Source: a virus (Duplodnaviria > Caudoviricetes). Taken from it: 64,000 bases of DNA. The position numbers were made by a program, and so were the translations under genes. Each line of letters starts with the position of its first letter. Within the stretch, counting starts at the first letter, position 1. Positions 47,435-55,799 of the stretch are shown piece after piece. Where the stretch lies: positions 9,624 through 73,623 of IMG/VR virus record IMGVR_UViG_2974644787_000001; one strand, 5' to 3'. The notes under the pieces are model-generated. The model was not told where the DNA came from, ran no database searches, and saw only the letters and a list, made by a program, of their open reading frames with translations.

Positions 47435-48345
47435 ACAATCCTCATCCAATGACCGTCTAGTTCAAACACACAATCAAGGCTTCTCCATTTAACAATGATT
47501 CCTTCCTTGGCTATGCAATGGACATTCCCTCTGTCAAAGTCTCCGTTGTGAATAAAGTTTACATCTACCCCAAACGGCGGTATCCACTCACTTAATGGTA
47601 TCCGTTTATCAAATGGTATCCCGTCTAGGCTGTCAAGGATGCGGTAGGTTTTGTGGGGGTAATTCCAAATCTTGTAATCATCTTTCCCAGAAACCTTGAG
47701 AGCATTCGCAATATCTATAAATGATGGGCCGTCATCTAGGCTATCGTGAATCATGCTAGCACGTAGTTTGGGGTCTACCTCAACTTTATATTCCTTCCCT
47801 GTCTGTTTAGCTACATATTCTAGGAATTCAGTGGGGGATTCGGTGATGGTGTAGCCGTTGTTTTGGTACCAGTCTTTAGTTTGATAACCAATATGCTTGT
47901 AATCCCCTAGCCATCCGTAACCAACAAATTCAAATAATGCCATTTCTGCATCTGGCACATTCTTAACTAACCATTCCCGATCCCCATCATTCAACCAGCC
48001 GACTTCTATCGCCATACCTTTTATGGTTGTTTCCTTTTTGGAAATATCCACTTCAAACGTCGGCTTAGGTAGTCCTAGTATCTCCGCCACACGTTCGCAG
48101 AATTCAGTTCCTGTTTTGACTTCAACTATCCCACAAGCACGCAACCCGAGAAAATCTTCTCTTTTGCCGCAAGTAAATGTTGGAGAATCGCAATACCCGA
48201 AAGCCAAAATAGGTTCATTAAGTTCCCTACTTGAAAACTTGACTTTTGGCCATCCAGGTGCAGTATTCCACGTCGCCCCGCACCCATCCAACCACTCTGC
48301 ATGGTGGGGTAGTATGTTCTCTCGCTCTGTGTATATGCTGTTCAT
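47431..48345 (-). CDS. hypothetical protein with internal duplicated module
   Basis: 304 aa; TEFCERVAEILG..FEVD versus TEFLEYVAKQTG..VEVD. Confidence 0.7.
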   Translation of the reverse strand: MNSIYTERENILPHHAEWLDGCGATWNTAPGWPKVKFSSRELNEPILAFGYCDSPTFTCGKREDFLGLRACGIVEVKTGTEFCERVAEILGLPKPTFEVDISKKETTIKGMAIEVGWLNDGDREWLVKNVPDAEMALFEFVGYGWLGDYKHIGYQTKDWYQNNGYTITESPTEFLEYVAKQTGKEYKVEVDPKLRASMIHDSLDDGPSFIDIANALKVSGKDDYKIWNYPHKTYRILDSLDGIPFDKRIPLSEWIPPFGVDVNFIHNGDFDRGNVHCIAKEGIIVKWRSLDCVFELDGHWMRIV

Positions 48346-48524
48346 GGTTCTACCCTCTCAACTTGGTATCTGTCAAACTTCAATTCAATCATATCTTTTT
48401 TAAGTTTTACTAATGCTCTTTGTTGGACCACGAAATCGCTTTCGTCTACGTTTGCATTTACACCAACCGTCTTAATGGTCCGGCCCTCTCGAATAAAATT
48501 TACATTACAAAAATGGTAACTCAT
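48342..48524 (-). CDS. hypothetical protein
   Basis: 60 aa with SD (GAGGGGGAAGAGG). Confidence 0.6.
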   Translation of the reverse strand: MSYHFCNVNFIREGRTIKTVGVNANVDESDFVVQQRALVKLKKDMIELKFDRYQVERVEP

Positions 48525-48536
48525 GCCTCTTCCCCC

Positions 48537-48849
48537 TCAAAATGGTGTTTGTTCTTTGCCGTAGTTTCGGCAAGCATCGACGTTGACTCGAAACTTGTAT
48601 TGGCGTTTACCCGTTTCTTTGTTCTCCCAGGAGTTCTGGTCGAGTTCGCCCGTGACCATAATCAGATCATTTTCTTCCACTTTATCAAGTGCGGAGTTCC
48701 AACACTCAAGATCAATATAGTATCCTTTATCTGATTTAAGATTCACAGCGATGATTCTTTTACCTGAGTTCGTGGTGCGTTCGGTCTTTGATTTTGCAGT
48801 ACCGCCGATGATGATGGTAGCGATTGCTTTGTGTCTTTTTTTCGTTCAT
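48537..48849 (-). pseudogene. ssb: single-stranded DNA-binding protein interrupted by an A7 run (frameshifted or recoded)
   Basis: SSB OB-fold C-half in ORF 48537..48746 ending TPF; the N-half AIATIIIGGTAKSKTERTTNSGKRIIAV continues in frame upstream; ATG 48849 with AAGGA SD joins it if one A of 48836-48842 is removed (103 aa). Confidence 0.65.
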
Positions 48850-49360
48850 CAGGAATTCCTTCATACACTTCCTTTAATCGATCTCTGATGTGAAGCCTTC
48901 GAAGTAGACTATACATTAAAGAATGTTCTGCTTTGACGTTGTACTCAAATGAAGGCAAAGTTATGTTTGTTTTTTCTCTTCCATAGACACATCTTGCCTT
49001 TCCCTTATCGTTGACTTCCACCAATCCCCATCCATCTGGTAATTCTGGAATTCTTATTACATCTTTTGGAGCCAAATAAAAACGATACCTACCCATTCCC
49101 AATCTAGGATGCTGCCTAAAATACTTTTTCTTGTCGGAAAGAAAATCAGATCTTGAAGTTTTGCATTCAATTAATACCGAAAATCCTTGAGATCCAAAGC
49201 CAATAACATCGGGAATCTCATTCGTATTCGAAACAGCCGATATTTCTTTCACTGCTATACCGCACGATGTGTTATTCAAAACCCACCGGTAAGCAATTTC
49301 AACTAATTCCCGATGAGTGAATCTTTTCACAGCATTAATCATCTCGGCATTCTTAATCAT
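48743..49360 (-). CDS. MmcB-like PD-(D/E)XK phage protein
   Basis: EIPDVIGFG...LIECKTSRSDFLSDKKK. Confidence 0.6.
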   Translation of the reverse strand: MIKNAEMINAVKRFTHRELVEIAYRWVLNNTSCGIAVKEISAVSNTNEIPDVIGFGSQGFSVLIECKTSRSDFLSDKKKYFRQHPRLGMGRYRFYLAPKDVIRIPELPDGWGLVEVNDKGKARCVYGREKTNITLPSFEYNVKAEHSLMYSLLRRLHIRDRLKEVYEGIPDERKKDTKQSLPSSSAVLQNQRPNAPRTQVKESSL

Positions 49361-49538
49361 TAACTGCGGAAGACATTACCAGTAGGAAATGGTGAACGTT
49401 ATCGAAAACCACGACAGTGCCATCATCCTTATTAACTGAAAAATTTTGCTCTGTTGAAACACTCATTGCCCTGGCAGATTCTACAAGACATCGATTGTAA
49501 AGTTTGCATAAATTTGGATCTTTTGCGTAGCTCTTCAT
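49353..49538 (-). CDS. hypothetical protein
   Basis: 61 aa from the in-frame ATG after GGAGAGGGG SD. Confidence 0.5.
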   Translation of the reverse strand: MKSYAKDPNLCKLYNRCLVESARAMSVSTEQNFSVNKDDGTVVVFDNVHHFLLVMSSAVND

Positions 49539-49539
49539 T

Positions 49540-49950
49540 CTATTCCCCTCTCCCATTCTCAAACAATGTCCAATAAATCAACTTCCCCTCGAAAGGCTTA
49601 TTAAACCATCTCCAGAAATCTTCTAATGAATCGAAGCCATCATTCCTAGCGAATGCCAACACACCATCTCCTCGATAAACAATTCCTGAGCCATGCTCGA
49701 TGAAGACTCTTTCCTTTTCGGGATTGATGATTAGCTTTGGAGTTTGAGTACATCTTCCAAGTGCGAACTGTTTATACTTCTTAGTTCGAACACCAATCGA
49801 AAACTGAATGATTCTGCCAGGCTTCCATCGGTCATGCTCATCGATTCGAGCAGTGTGGATCTTTCTTCCATCGAGAATCTTTTGTGGGAAGTGTGTGAAT
49901 TTCGGTTCCTTCCCTCCCCAAGGGAAAACTGTTGAGAATCCTAGAATCAT
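49540..49950 (-). CDS. ASCH/PUA-like phage protein
   Basis: MILGFS...FPQKILDGRKIHTAR...WKPG...FARNDGFDSLEDFWRWF. Confidence 0.6.
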   Translation of the reverse strand: MILGFSTVFPWGGKEPKFTHFPQKILDGRKIHTARIDEHDRWKPGRIIQFSIGVRTKKYKQFALGRCTQTPKLIINPEKERVFIEHGSGIVYRGDGVLAFARNDGFDSLEDFWRWFNKPFEGKLIYWTLFENGRGE

Positions 49951-50099
49951 TATTTTGTGACCGAATCTCTTGATGAATCAAAGACGGTTGGCTTCCCAAC
50001 CCATGCACCAATTACAAAAAATACGAGAGCCGTGACACTCCCTACTAACAAATAATTTATAAGCAATTGGCTCTTGTAGATTAAGATAACTTCTTTCAT
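49950..50099 (-). CDS. small membrane protein
   Basis: 49 aa, one TM, coupled overlaps (hand translation). Confidence 0.45.
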   Translation of the reverse strand: MKEVILIYKSQLLINYLLVGSVTALVFFVIGAWVGKPTVFDSSRDSVTK

Positions 50100-50248
50100 A
50101 TTGCTAACTCGGCACATGGAGTGTGCATTGAAACTAGTTCATTAAGTCTTTTAATTTCCAGATCTTTTTCCTGAAGTTTTCGCTCCAAGATTCTGTATTT
50201 TACCGAATGAATATATTCCACGCCTTTGATGATCACGAATTCTTGCAT
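50096..50248 (-). CDS. small coiled-coil protein
   Basis: 50 aa with AAGGAG SD (hand translation). Confidence 0.5.
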   Translation of the reverse strand: MQEFVIIKGVEYIHSVKYRILERKLQEKDLEIKRLNELVSMHTPCAELAI

Positions 50249-50308
50249 TTGGTTCTCCTTTGTTTTCCGAAAAAGTCGGGGAATAAATCCCCCGGGTTAA
50301 AATGTTGT

Positions 50309-50941
50309 TTATGCTACAGCTAATGAATCCTCAGTATTGATCCTTTTAGTTCTCTTTTTTGCAGGTTTTACTATTTGATCCGACACTTCTTCTTGAGGAA
50401 ATTGTTGGATTGCTTCCAATCCTCTCGGTTTATCAGTTCGAGGAGAATTAATTTCGGAACGCTTCTTAACGGCTGATTTCTTTTTGACAGCGGGGTTCTT
50501 CCCTGATTTTTTTCTTTTTGTTTCAGAATCTAGAAAAATGGATCCAATTCTTCTAAATCTCCAAGATTCAAAAGGGAAGATATAACAATTGCCGTTACTA
50601 TGCTGAACAAGAAGGTTTATATCACAGTTTATTTTGGGATCGATATTACTTTGATTTCCTGGAAATTTGGGTATGTCGAAGCCTACTACGATAGCTTGCT
50701 CCCCAATTAACGGAAGTCCTTGCGCTTTGCATTCCGGAATCCATTCAAGAATGTCTCCGTTTTTAAATTTCTTTTTTTTCGTTAAATATTCTTTCGCTGC
50801 GGTATAGACAACTGTATTGTCTCGTTTGACACTTACTTGATCAGTCTTTCTTGGAGTTTCCTTCCCAAGGTTTACGATATTAATCCATAAGGTAGCGAAC
50901 CATACCACTACTCGATTCCATTTTTCTCTTACTTTACTCAT
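50309..50941 (-). CDS. hypothetical protein
   Basis: 210 aa, AAGGAG SD, basic C-terminus. Confidence 0.7.
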   Translation of the reverse strand: MSKVREKWNRVVVWFATLWINIVNLGKETPRKTDQVSVKRDNTVVYTAAKEYLTKKKKFKNGDILEWIPECKAQGLPLIGEQAIVVGFDIPKFPGNQSNIDPKINCDINLLVQHSNGNCYIFPFESWRFRRIGSIFLDSETKRKKSGKNPAVKKKSAVKKRSEINSPRTDKPRGLEAIQQFPQEEVSDQIVKPAKKRTKRINTEDSLAVA

Positions 50942-50973
50942 TTTATTTTATTCTCCTTTTTTAAAAATAAAAA

Positions 50974-51426
50974 CTATCCAATTAGGATTTGAGGCTGTTT
51001 ACCATCTAGGTAAGCCTGCTTAACTTTCGGGATTACCTCCTCTGCTACTGTGCTTCCATTTGGCATTACAATGTATGGAAGAAACTCTTCATCAAATGTC
51101 GCTATTCCACATTCCAGCATCTCAAGCTTTGCTTTTATGGCCAAGCTAAGTGCTCGCCATCTTTGTCTAATCCCTTGCTCGTAAGCTTCTTCAATCTGAT
51201 TTGGCTTTCGCGCCCTTCCGGTTTCCGTTTTCGAGAAATCTGATTTTGGCGGTAGCGGTAAGAGAAACTTAACCTTTCTGCCCTCCATACTAAAAAGGAT
51301 CATTGCTTGGTTATCATTCCAACCTGAGACGAACTCTTTAGCTCCATATTTTCGAAGAGTTTTCTCAATCTCGGATTTTGATCTGTCAGAGGATACCTCT
51401 GTGTTCTCAGCATATTTTCCTTTCAT
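50974..51426 (-). CDS. conserved phage hypothetical protein
   Basis: YAENTEVSSDRSKSEIEKTL...RQRWRAL.LAIKAKLE...FLPYIV, a recurrent phage early protein. Confidence 0.75.
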   Translation of the reverse strand: MKGKYAENTEVSSDRSKSEIEKTLRKYGAKEFVSGWNDNQAMILFSMEGRKVKFLLPLPPKSDFSKTETGRARKPNQIEEAYEQGIRQRWRALSLAIKAKLEMLECGIATFDEEFLPYIVMPNGSTVAEEVIPKVKQAYLDGKQPQILIG

Positions 51427-52283
51427 ACTGCTATCTCCTGAAATAAAGTTGGATGAAGATTCTGTGAAACCAAAGGACTTAAATAAAGTGCCTCTACTCT
51501 TTCGTTAGAATTTCTCGTTTTTCTTTTTTGCATTGAGTTTGCTAAGGTACTTTTCGTAACTACTTCCCATCCAGAAAAGATTTCGTCATAAACTGGATGA
51601 GGATAATGGCTAACAACGGCCATACCTTTGATTTTTGTTAATGTCTCAAGAACACTTACATGTTGTTCAACTTGAGAAAATTCCTTGGTATATAAGTTCT
51701 TTGTATTCCTGGATTCTGCTAAATAAGGTAAATCAAGATAAAACAAGGTGCCTTCTGAATCATAGATCTTGGTCAACTCAATAGCATTTTTTTCCAATAT
51801 GAAAACTCCTCTCAATCTATCGGAAATTTTATAGAGGTGTTTGATTTTGGAAAACAAACGTGCTGGATTGTGGCCACCTTCCTCGGCAAGATTACCTTTT
51901 GCACGAAAATCGATATTTGATTTGCGAACATCATTTGCTCGCATCGACATCCAACAGATTGTATAGAATTTCCAAGCGCGATCGATGGGGTCTTCAGTCG
52001 AATCAATCGTTTCCAAAGCATACTTCAGGGATTTTTCTGAGTAAGGAGTGAGACTTATTTTTCTAATAAGTTTTTTGGGTTCATCTCTTAAAACGGAAAA
52101 GAATGTTGTGATATTCCCATCTAAATCATTGGCTACTTCTACTTTTGAGCGATCTTTCGAAAGTAGAACGCTACTCGCTCCACAAGACATTTCAACGTAG
52201 ACTTGATGTTTTGGAAAATGAGAAAGTATCCATTCTCGAAGTCTGAATTTCCCACCATTATATTTTAATGCCGGTCGATTCAT
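51423..52283 (-). CDS. Dam/D12-class adenine methyltransferase with degenerate motifs
   Basis: LKYNGGK, VANDLDG present; motif I reads YVEMSCGAS and motif IV reads DLPY; 286 aa from ATG 52283. Confidence 0.75.
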   Translation of the reverse strand: MNRPALKYNGGKFRLREWILSHFPKHQVYVEMSCGASSVLLSKDRSKVEVANDLDGNITTFFSVLRDEPKKLIRKISLTPYSEKSLKYALETIDSTEDPIDRAWKFYTICWMSMRANDVRKSNIDFRAKGNLAEEGGHNPARLFSKIKHLYKISDRLRGVFILEKNAIELTKIYDSEGTLFYLDLPYLAESRNTKNLYTKEFSQVEQHVSVLETLTKIKGMAVVSHYPHPVYDEIFSGWEVVTKSTLANSMQKRKTRNSNERVEALYLSPLVSQNLHPTLFQEIAV

Positions 52284-52537
52284 GCTGCATCCTTCTGTAG
52301 AAAACCACACATGGTTTTCATTTTTTCAGTATGAAGTTCTTTTGGGAATTTGTTCAAATCCAAAGGAGGAACGTAGGCTTTCAGTTTTTTCAACCTCCGA
52401 ACGAAAAATAAAATTCGTTCTTCGAGACTACCACCACCAACTGCAACTAGATTCCCGCAATGTTCCAAAAGAAATGCCTCCGGGTTTTCGCTGAAATTAT
52501 TCTTAGGATTTAGTGAATTTGTGGCCAATTGCTGCAT
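52280..52537 (-). CDS. hypothetical protein
   Basis: 85 aa, start uncertain. Confidence 0.45.
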   Translation of the reverse strand: MQQLATNSLNPKNNFSENPEAFLLEHCGNLVAVGGGSLEERILFFVRRLKKLKAYVPPLDLNKFPKELHTEKMKTMCGFLQKDAA

Positions 52538-52994
52538 CGAATTCCTCCAATATTCTGATAGATTCGGGATCCCGATCTAAATCATATTCTGTGCGTTTAA
52601 CATAAACAGAGGCCGAGACATTTTGTATTCGAACTTCTGTTTTCGGTTCTTCCATCGGCAGCACATCCGTAGGTTTTGACGCACTGTAAACCAATGCCTT
52701 ATTTCTTGCGGGTCTATCTGCCTTAATCCAGCCTTCCTTCCGAAGCCACCGGAGAATGTATTCTACTCTAGCATAGGTCCATCTTTTCTGTGAAAGTGGA
52801 GTGTTCTCGTTTGCAATCTCTACTATCTTATTGATGCGTCCAGACCAGGATCCCTGGTTCCCAATTTTAAAAAGCAGGAGACCATATATGAAAAGTTTAT
52901 TCGGACACCTAATGTAAAGAGGAGCCGACAACGGCATTTTCGACCAATACTCATTTGGCTTAATCTCAGTCTGGGATTTAGGTAAATTTTTCAT
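52503..52994 (-). CDS. winged-helix protein, possible replication initiator
   Basis: INKIVEIA...WTYARVEYILRWLRKEGWI (wHTH-like); ATGA overlap with the helicase stop. Confidence 0.45.
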   Translation of the reverse strand: MKNLPKSQTEIKPNEYWSKMPLSAPLYIRCPNKLFIYGLLLFKIGNQGSWSGRINKIVEIANENTPLSQKRWTYARVEYILRWLRKEGWIKADRPARNKALVYSASKPTDVLPMEEPKTEVRIQNVSASVYVKRTEYDLDRDPESIRILEEFDAAIGHKFTKS

Positions 52995-54496
52995 TTGGAA
53001 TTCCTTAGAACTTTTTCGGCGCTCCATCCGTTGTTAGCAAAGATAGAAATTACAAGAGACGCACTCGCGACAGACATCTTCTCTGTATTTATAACTTTAA
53101 GTTTTGCTAAGATCTCTTTTTGTTTGGAAGTGATTGAGCCTTCAGCATTACTTAGCCTTCTTCCCTCATATTCAAGATCTAATTCCTTATCATACGCCTT
53201 GCCTTTGAGCTCTAATAACGCGAAAGGATCATAATACGTTGAACCGTATTGAACAATTTTCACGCTATCGAGAGCTGATTTTCTTAAGTTCTCTTTTGCA
53301 AGATCTAACAACTCGAGCATGTAGTAGTTTGGTTTCAGTGAACTAAGTCTTTCAGCCTCTTTCCGAACATCTGGGCTATAATGCTCTGTGATAAAGAGAT
53401 CGAATGGTTTTACCAATTGGTGTTGATTAGCTTGGTACCCAAATTCAACCAATAAACAATGAGATTTACCGGGAGATAAACGGGTGCCTCTCCCAACCAT
53501 TTGCGAATACTTTGTTCTCGATTTTGTAGGACAAGCGATGACTACGGCCTCAATTTCAGGGCAATCAAATCCTTCCGTGAAAAGAGCACAGTTCAATAAG
53601 TGAGTAATTTCTCCCCTTCGGAATTGTGAAATTGCGTATCTTCTTTCCTCAACACTAGATTCTGCAGATAACGCCTTTGCTTTGATGCCGTTTTCTTTGA
53701 GTATTGCTTCAAGCATTACCGCCATTCGGACAGAAACAGTGAAAACGATAGTTCTACGCCCGATTGTTTCTTTAAGCACACCCTCGGCAATATTGAGAAT
53801 TTTGGAAGACATCACATCATCAAGTGCTCCTTGATCCAAGTCTCCGGCTACAGTTCGAATTCCTGATAAATCAATATCACAGTCAACCTTGACTCCTATC
53901 AAATTGCACAGGTTCCCGTCTTTAATTGCCTCCAGCAAAGAATAGTTATAAGCAATATCCGAGAAAATACTCTTTAAGCCACCACCTTTGGCACCATCGG
54001 GAGTTGCTGTTAAACCAACAACATTAGAACGAAACCTTGATTGAAAGAACTCAATGATTGTTTGGTAAGAGTCAGCTGTTGCATGATGGCATTCGTCAAT
54101 AATAATGTCATCTATTCTGAAATCAGAGAACCTTGAATCTAGTCTGGATTTCCTGAGCGTAGGTACAGATCCAACAATTACATTCTCAGTCAGATCGGCG
54201 CGGTGTTCAGCTCTTTCTAAGCCACTATTAATTTGGCAAATATTGTCGATCTGCGATTTTGCTTGATCAATCAACTCTTCTCGATGGGCAAGCCATAGAA
54301 TTTTTTTCCCACGGGAAATTCTTTCTTTGATAATAGACGAACCAACGACCGTTTTCCCTGTACCGGTGGCCATAATTATCAAGGGATTCTTCCCTTCTTC
54401 TAATAAGCGCACTGCGTTCCCTACCGCCTTCGATTGGTAGGATTTCAGTTTGTAATGGGACTCAGGTTTTTGGAATAAAGATGGTTCAGCACTCAT
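52991..54496 (-). CDS. SF2 (DEAD/DEAH, Res-like) helicase
   Basis: MATGTGKT, IIDECHH, LTATP, LFTEGFD, SQMVGRGTR. Confidence 0.9.
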   Translation of the reverse strand: MSAEPSLFQKPESHYKLKSYQSKAVGNAVRLLEEGKNPLIIMATGTGKTVVGSSIIKERISRGKKILWLAHREELIDQAKSQIDNICQINSGLERAEHRADLTENVIVGSVPTLRKSRLDSRFSDFRIDDIIIDECHHATADSYQTIIEFFQSRFRSNVVGLTATPDGAKGGGLKSIFSDIAYNYSLLEAIKDGNLCNLIGVKVDCDIDLSGIRTVAGDLDQGALDDVMSSKILNIAEGVLKETIGRRTIVFTVSVRMAVMLEAILKENGIKAKALSAESSVEERRYAISQFRRGEITHLLNCALFTEGFDCPEIEAVVIACPTKSRTKYSQMVGRGTRLSPGKSHCLLVEFGYQANQHQLVKPFDLFITEHYSPDVRKEAERLSSLKPNYYMLELLDLAKENLRKSALDSVKIVQYGSTYYDPFALLELKGKAYDKELDLEYEGRRLSNAEGSITSKQKEILAKLKVINTEKMSVASASLVISIFANNGWSAEKVLRNSK

Positions 54497-55368
54497 AACT
54501 CACCTGCAAAGCCATTCATACACTTGTTACAAGGTGCTGGTGTTCCTTTCGGATCATAGTTACCATTTTTATCGATGGTAACTTGTGTAGTGCCGTGACA
54601 GTGAGAGCACCTCTTTGCCACATCAATACACCAAGAACGGAGTTTTTTCATTACTGATTCATGCTCGTGCCAAAGTTTTAAAAAATCCTTTCCTGGATTC
54701 GGAATAAAAGCGTTAAAGGATCTATGGAAATTGATAGTTTCATCAAGGTGAACTGCCAATACTCCTGAAATTTTGTCCCAATTGTTTGGAGCGTTTTCAT
54801 AAGCTCCCTCGATCTTCACAGTTTTAGATTTCGGTGTTTTCTTTTTCTCTTCCTTCTTCTTGGTTGCCTGACGTATTGACTTTTCACCTGCTTTGACTTT
54901 CTCAAATTCGGCAGGGTTTTCTTTTTTTAGCTTCTTTGCTTTTTCCACGTATTTTTCATTCGTATCGAAAAGTTGTGCGGCCTTTTGAGTGGAACGACCT
55001 TTTTCAGAATCTGTTTTCTTACCAGCTTCCTTCCTTGCTTTGGCCGCCTCTTCCAACAGAGGTAAATATTCACTTGCAAGGGTTGCCTTTTGTGAGGCCG
55101 TTAAGTTTCTCCGAATGTTCGCTCGCAGAATAAATGTAAGCGCATCCTCTTTATTGCCTTTGAAAACCTTTGTTGTGAATCTTTTCCCTGCTTGAACTGA
55201 TGCTAAGTATCTATTCCATCCATCAATGATTTTACCTTCAAAGAGAATGATAGGGTTCGTAGTATCGAAACCATTTCTATGAATTGATTCAACAAGTTCT
55301 TTAAACTCTGTCGGATTCATTTGAGGATAAAGATTAAATTCGTGTCTGTCTAATTTTTGTTGTTCCAT
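54493..55368 (-). CDS. ParB-like N-terminal domain protein
   Basis: LYPQMNPTEFKELVESI...IIDGWNRY...RRNLTASQKA; start at in-frame ATG 55368. Confidence 0.75.
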   Translation of the reverse strand: MEQQKLDRHEFNLYPQMNPTEFKELVESIHRNGFDTTNPIILFEGKIIDGWNRYLASVQAGKRFTTKVFKGNKEDALTFILRANIRRNLTASQKATLASEYLPLLEEAAKARKEAGKKTDSEKGRSTQKAAQLFDTNEKYVEKAKKLKKENPAEFEKVKAGEKSIRQATKKKEEKKKTPKSKTVKIEGAYENAPNNWDKISGVLAVHLDETINFHRSFNAFIPNPGKDFLKLWHEHESVMKKLRSWCIDVAKRCSHCHGTTQVTIDKNGNYDPKGTPAPCNKCMNGFAGEL

Positions 55369-55531
55369 AATATTTATATGTCTCTTGTTAGGATAAAAAG
55401 TTACGAGGTGTATTCTTAATAACACTTACACCTGATTTTGAAGGTATTTTTCGATTCCCGAAATAATAACCAAAGGAAAAACTTAAAAGGCACATCAATA
55501 GTCCACACAAAATCAATTCCATTTTATTCAC

Positions 55532-55798
55532 CTACGCTACGATATTCAATCTTTGAAAAGGTTTATGTTCAGAAAGCCTTTGACTCAGAAGAGCAATATT
55601 CTTTTCTCTTAATTCATCGATCATCTTATCGCGTTGTTCGATCTGATAAAGAAGGTAGTCAATTTGTTTCCTATTAAGACTTGCGTTTGAACGTAGATCT
55701 CGAATGCAATTCAAAAGCCGGATCACAAATTTTTTACGAGGGTTAGTTGGCTTTTTTTTGCCAACTAATTCCATGAGGTCTTTTGCTTGAAAGTTCAT
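55532..55798 (-). CDS. hypothetical coiled-coil protein
   Basis: 88 aa from ATG 55798 next to the SbcC stop. Confidence 0.55.
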   Translation of the reverse strand: MNFQAKDLMELVGKKKPTNPRKKFVIRLLNCIRDLRSNASLNRKQIDYLLYQIEQRDKMIDELREKNIALLSQRLSEHKPFQRLNIVA

Positions 55799-55799
55799 T

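Noticed and set aside
55406-55433. Inverted repeat AGGTGTA...TACACCT upstream of the ParB-like gene
   Set aside because: Single 7-bp IR with a 14-nt gap; too weak to call parS or an operator.
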